Positions 38,250 through 40,739 of a DNA stretch of 40,739 nt are shown here, one piece after another. Source of the DNA: Planctomycetota bacterium (GTDB taxonomy: Bacteria; Planctomycetota; B15-G4; SIAN01); assembly GCA_031409275.1 (NCBI GenBank), contig JANNXA010000019.1:1-40739 (forward strand), given 5' to 3'. The position numbers and the translations under genes are program-made. The notes under the pieces were generated by a model. That model saw only the letters and a list, made by a program, of their open reading frames with translations, was not told the origin of the DNA and made no database searches. Numbering within the stretch: position 1 is the stretch's first letter; each line of letters opens with the position of its first letter.

Positions 38250-38366
38250 ACGGCACCTCGAGCCTCAGCGAGCGCGCGGCCGCAGGATCGCTCCCGTCCG
38301 CGCCCCCGATGCGCCATGCAGTTCCAGGTGGATGGCGCCGTCGACCTTGCCGTCTGCCGGCTGCGC

Positions 38367-39509
38367 TCACCCGCCTGCGGCATACCTCGGAGAGGTCGCC
38401 CGCGCGGCGCGAGCGAGGGACATTACCGCGAAGGCCGTCCCGTAGGCGTGCGTGTAGGTGCTGATGTGGAAGTCCCAGAAGGAGCCGTCCTCCTCCTGGA
38501 TCTCGAGCAGCTTCGCTTCGAGCTGGCGCGCGTAACGCGGACGCACGTCGGCGGGCAGCAGCTCGATCGCCTCGCTGGCGTAGTAGTGGCCGAAGAGGAA
38601 GAAGTAGGCCGCGACGGCGTACCACGATTCGTGCGGGATCGGCTTCTTGCGCGCGACGGCGAGGAAGCGGTGCTGCTCGAAGAACGGATCGAGACCGGCT
38701 CGCACGTCGCGAGACCCCAGCATCCCCGCTCGCGCCAGGGCGACGTTGCCGACCTGGATTCGGCCGAGCGCCCCCTTGGTCTGGTTGATGTACTCGAGCC
38801 CGGCCGGATTCGAGATCGGATCGATGTTGTAGGTGTAGGAGCCGGTCGGCAGACGACAGTGAGCGACGGCTCGCACCGCCTTCTGGTAGTTCGCCTCGTC
38901 GACGGGCAGGCCCGCGAGCCGGGCATCCTGCATGGCGATGACGCCCGCCGCGGTCGTGAACTGCGTCGACCAGGTGCTGGGGACGCTGATCACCGGCCCT
39001 TCGTAGTAGCCCCAGCCACCGAGCGGCGTCTGCCAGCGATCGAGGTCGCGCAGCAGTTGCGTGCCGACGGCGACGAGTGCGGGGCGGCGCGGGTCCTCGG
39101 CCAGCGCCGGCGCGCGCAGCAGATGCGCGACCGACTGCAGTCCGTAGACGAAGCCCCAGACGTGGTCGGTGTCCCACTCGCTGATGCGACGCAAGCGCGG
39201 CGCGCTCAGGAGGTAGTCGATGGCGCGATCGAGCGCGGCGCGATCGACGTCCGTCTGGCCGCAATCGGAGAGCGTCATGGCGACGAGGCCGGTGGTCGCG
39301 TAGGTCCACGCCTCGTAGGTGTGGATGGTCGCGAAGGTCTCGCTCAGCATCACGTTGCGCGGCGCACCGAAACTGCCGTCGGCCTCCTGATGGGTGACCA
39401 GGAAGTCGACGCCTCGGCGGATCGCGGACTGCACGTCGGCGGCGTCATGGGAGACGGCCTGGGCCGCTGCCGGTCCGGCGAGCGCCGCAGCGAGCAAGCA
39501 AGCGCGCAT
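38367..39509 (-). CDS. Secreted prenyltransferase/squalene-oxidase repeat (alpha/alpha toroid) protein
   Basis: Signal MRACLLAAALAGPAAA; QW-like repeats GVDFLVTHQEADGSF, WQTPLGGWGY, IQEEDGSFW. The ORF-track N-terminus (MTMTM...) is an off-frame read of the upstream poly-Asp tract. Confidence 0.8.
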   Translation of the reverse strand: MRACLLAAALAGPAAAQAVSHDAADVQSAIRRGVDFLVTHQEADGSFGAPRNVMLSETFATIHTYEAWTYATTGLVAMTLSDCGQTDVDRAALDRAIDYLLSAPRLRRISEWDTDHVWGFVYGLQSVAHLLRAPALAEDPRRPALVAVGTQLLRDLDRWQTPLGGWGYYEGPVISVPSTWSTQFTTAAGVIAMQDARLAGLPVDEANYQKAVRAVAHCRLPTGSYTYNIDPISNPAGLEYINQTKGALGRIQVGNVALARAGMLGSRDVRAGLDPFFEQHRFLAVARKKPIPHESWYAVAAYFFLFGHYYASEAIELLPADVRPRYARQLEAKLLEIQEEDGSFWDFHISTYTHAYGTAFAVMSLARAARATSPRYAAGG

Positions 39510-39513
39510 CACG

Positions 39514-40739
39514 TCACGCTTCCTTGTGGACGTACCCGAGCGACTCGAGCTCCTCGTCCTCATCTTCGTCTTCGTCTTCGTCGCCGTCGCCGTCGTCATC
39601 ATCGTCATCGTCATCGTCATCGTTCGAGTCGTCGCCGAGCGAGCCGCCCGCCTTTTCCAGCTCGCGCATCGCCTTCGCCATCGCGCGTTGCGCCTCGACG
39701 CACGCCTGCTGCTTGTCTTCCGCCATCGTCTGCGCCATGAACTCGGCGCGCTGCAGATCGCGCTCCTTGACCGTCACGTCGCGCTCGAGCTTCTCGCGCT
39801 GCTGCGGCAGTTGAACGCCCTTCAGGTCGTTCATCTCCTTCTGCGCGAGGGCGAAGCTCTCCTTCGCACGGGCGAGACGGCGCTTGCCGCGCGCCAGCAC
39901 GATCTCCTTGGTCTTGTCGCCGAGATCGTCCTGCGCGTACATCATCTCGAGCTGCTGCATCTCCTCCTCCTGTTCGGAGAGGAAGTCGCGCGTCCCCTTC
40001 AGGTCAAGCTCGGCGCGCGTGAGGCGCATCGGCCGCTCGAACGCATCGAAATGCTCAAGCGCCTTCCGCGCGTCGCTGAGCTCGAGACGGGCGCGGCGCA
40101 TCGCGAGCCGCTGATCGAGCACGGACTGCTCGCGCTCCGCTCCGGCGCGGGCCACGCGACGCGCGGCGGTTTCGGCCGCGAACCGCAAGTCATCGAGCGC
40201 CTCGGCGTCCACCGCGGCCGGAGCGTCAACCGGCGCCGTCATGTCGGCGCTGCAGCACGCCGCTTCAACACCCTCGTCGTCAGCGCATCCGTCGCCGTCC
40301 GCGCCGTCGTCGTGACAACCTTCTTCGTCGCCCTCAGCGCATTCCTGACCTTCGTCGCACTCTTCGCCGGCGCATTCGCCTTCGCCGCACTCGTCGCCAG
40401 CGCACTCGCCTTCGTCGCACTCTTCGCCAGCGCACTCGCCTTCGTCGCACTCATCGCCGGCGCACTCGCCTTCGTCGCACTCATCGCCGGCGCACTCGCC
40501 TTCGTCGCACTCATCGCCGGCGCATTCGCCTTCGTCGCCATCGGTGCACTCATCCGACATGCGTGCCGCGGCGAGGTGAACGCCGTGCCCGCCACCGACC
40601 CGTTCGTGCGCGCGATGACGATCGTCGCCGTCATCGCACTCGTCGCCGTCATCGCACTCGTCGCCGTCATCGCACTCGTCGCCGTCATCGCACTCGTCGC
40701 CGTCATCGCACTCGTCGCCGTCATCGCACTCGTCGCCGT
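39514..40739 (-). CDS. Acidic Cys-rich repeat protein with a central coiled coil and poly-D/E tail; 5' end outside the window
   Basis: The frame of ORF 39514..40560 stays open to the window edge: (GDECDD)n-RHRAHERVGGGHGVH-(EGECAGDECD)n, then a coiled coil containing EEMQQLEMMYAQDDLGDKTKEIVL, then a D/E tract. Confidence 0.8.
   Translation of the reverse strand, partial: GDECDDGDECDDGDECDDGDECDDGDECDDGDECDDGDDRHRAHERVGGGHGVHLAAARMSDECTDGDEGECAGDECDEGECAGDECDEGECAGDECDEGECAGEECDEGECAGDECGEGECAGEECDEGQECAEGDEEGCHDDGADGDGCADDEGVEAACCSADMTAPVDAPAAVDAEALDDLRFAAETAARRVARAGAEREQSVLDQRLAMRRARLELSDARKALEHFDAFERPMRLTRAELDLKGTRDFLSEQEEEMQQLEMMYAQDDLGDKTKEIVLARGKRRLARAKESFALAQKEMNDLKGVQLPQQREKLERDVTVKERDLQRAEFMAQTMAEDKQQACVEAQRAMAKAMRELEKAGGSLGDDSNDDDDDDDDDDGDGDEDEDEDEDEELESLGYVHKEA
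40351..40530. repeat. Six copies of a 30-bp coding tandem repeat (EGECAG(D/E)EC(D/G))
   Basis: TTCG(T/C)CGCACTCNTCGCC(G/A)GCGCA(C/T)TCGCC repeated at 30-nt intervals from 40351. Confidence 0.95.
40624..40739. repeat. Perfect 18-bp tandem repeat (six full copies plus a partial one, running off the window) encoding GDECDD
   Basis: GTCGCCGTCATCGCACTC at 40624, 40642, 40660, 40678, 40696 and 40714, with a partial copy at 40732. Confidence 0.97.

Noticed and set aside
38367..39509. Squalene-hopene cyclase
   Set aside because: It is only about 380 aa, has a signal peptide and lacks a DxDD motif. It shares only the QW-like repeats.
39510..39620. MTMTMTMM... N-terminus of the prenyltransferase-repeat ORF
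   Set aside because: It is an off-frame reading of the upstream gene's poly-Asp codons. A signal peptide begins at ATG 39509.
40239..40724. ORF with (MTATSA)n repeats
   Set aside because: It is an alternative frame of the 18-bp repeat. The GDECDD frame is continuous with the downstream coiled-coil gene.

Overview
A very GC-rich bacterial window. The gene content (TPR/FG-GAP/ASPIC-UnbV proteins, DUF1080, an ECF sigma factor next to a Ser/Thr kinase, HEAT-VWA and prenyltransferase-repeat proteins) suggests a Planctomycetota-like genome; this is inference. About 28 protein genes are supportable. From the left: three secreted FG-GAP proteins, two of them tandem TPR-FG-GAP-ASPIC/UnbV paralogs; argS with a large insertion; DUF1080, DUF523, PuuD-like, EVE and 2Fe-2S ferredoxin genes; cytochrome oxidase subunits III/IV with no subunits I/II in the window, plus an unlisted 53-aa membrane ORF; a fused KS/CLF-like ketosynthase; and a periplasmic-binding-protein/metzincin fusion. 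Next comes a minus-strand run: BNR/VPS10 hydrolase, erythromycin-esterase pseudogene, DMT transporter, ECF sigma, kinase and M16 peptidase. The window ends with a metallophosphoesterase, a HEAT-VWA protein, a saccharopine/lysine dehydrogenase, a prenyltransferase-repeat protein and an acidic Cys-repeat protein cut by the edge. I found no rRNA, tRNA, CRISPR, transposase, phage or defence genes. The most distinctive non-coding signals are several small structured elements: a 164-bp element with terminal inverted repeats inserted in the esterase gene, a second 163-bp element of similar build, a REP-like cluster after argS, and a multi-hairpin leader that overlaps the likely RBS of the lysine/saccharopine dehydrogenase. 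No complete novel system can be demonstrated from sequence alone; the leads are listed as findings. All family calls come from recognising motifs by eye, not from database searches.
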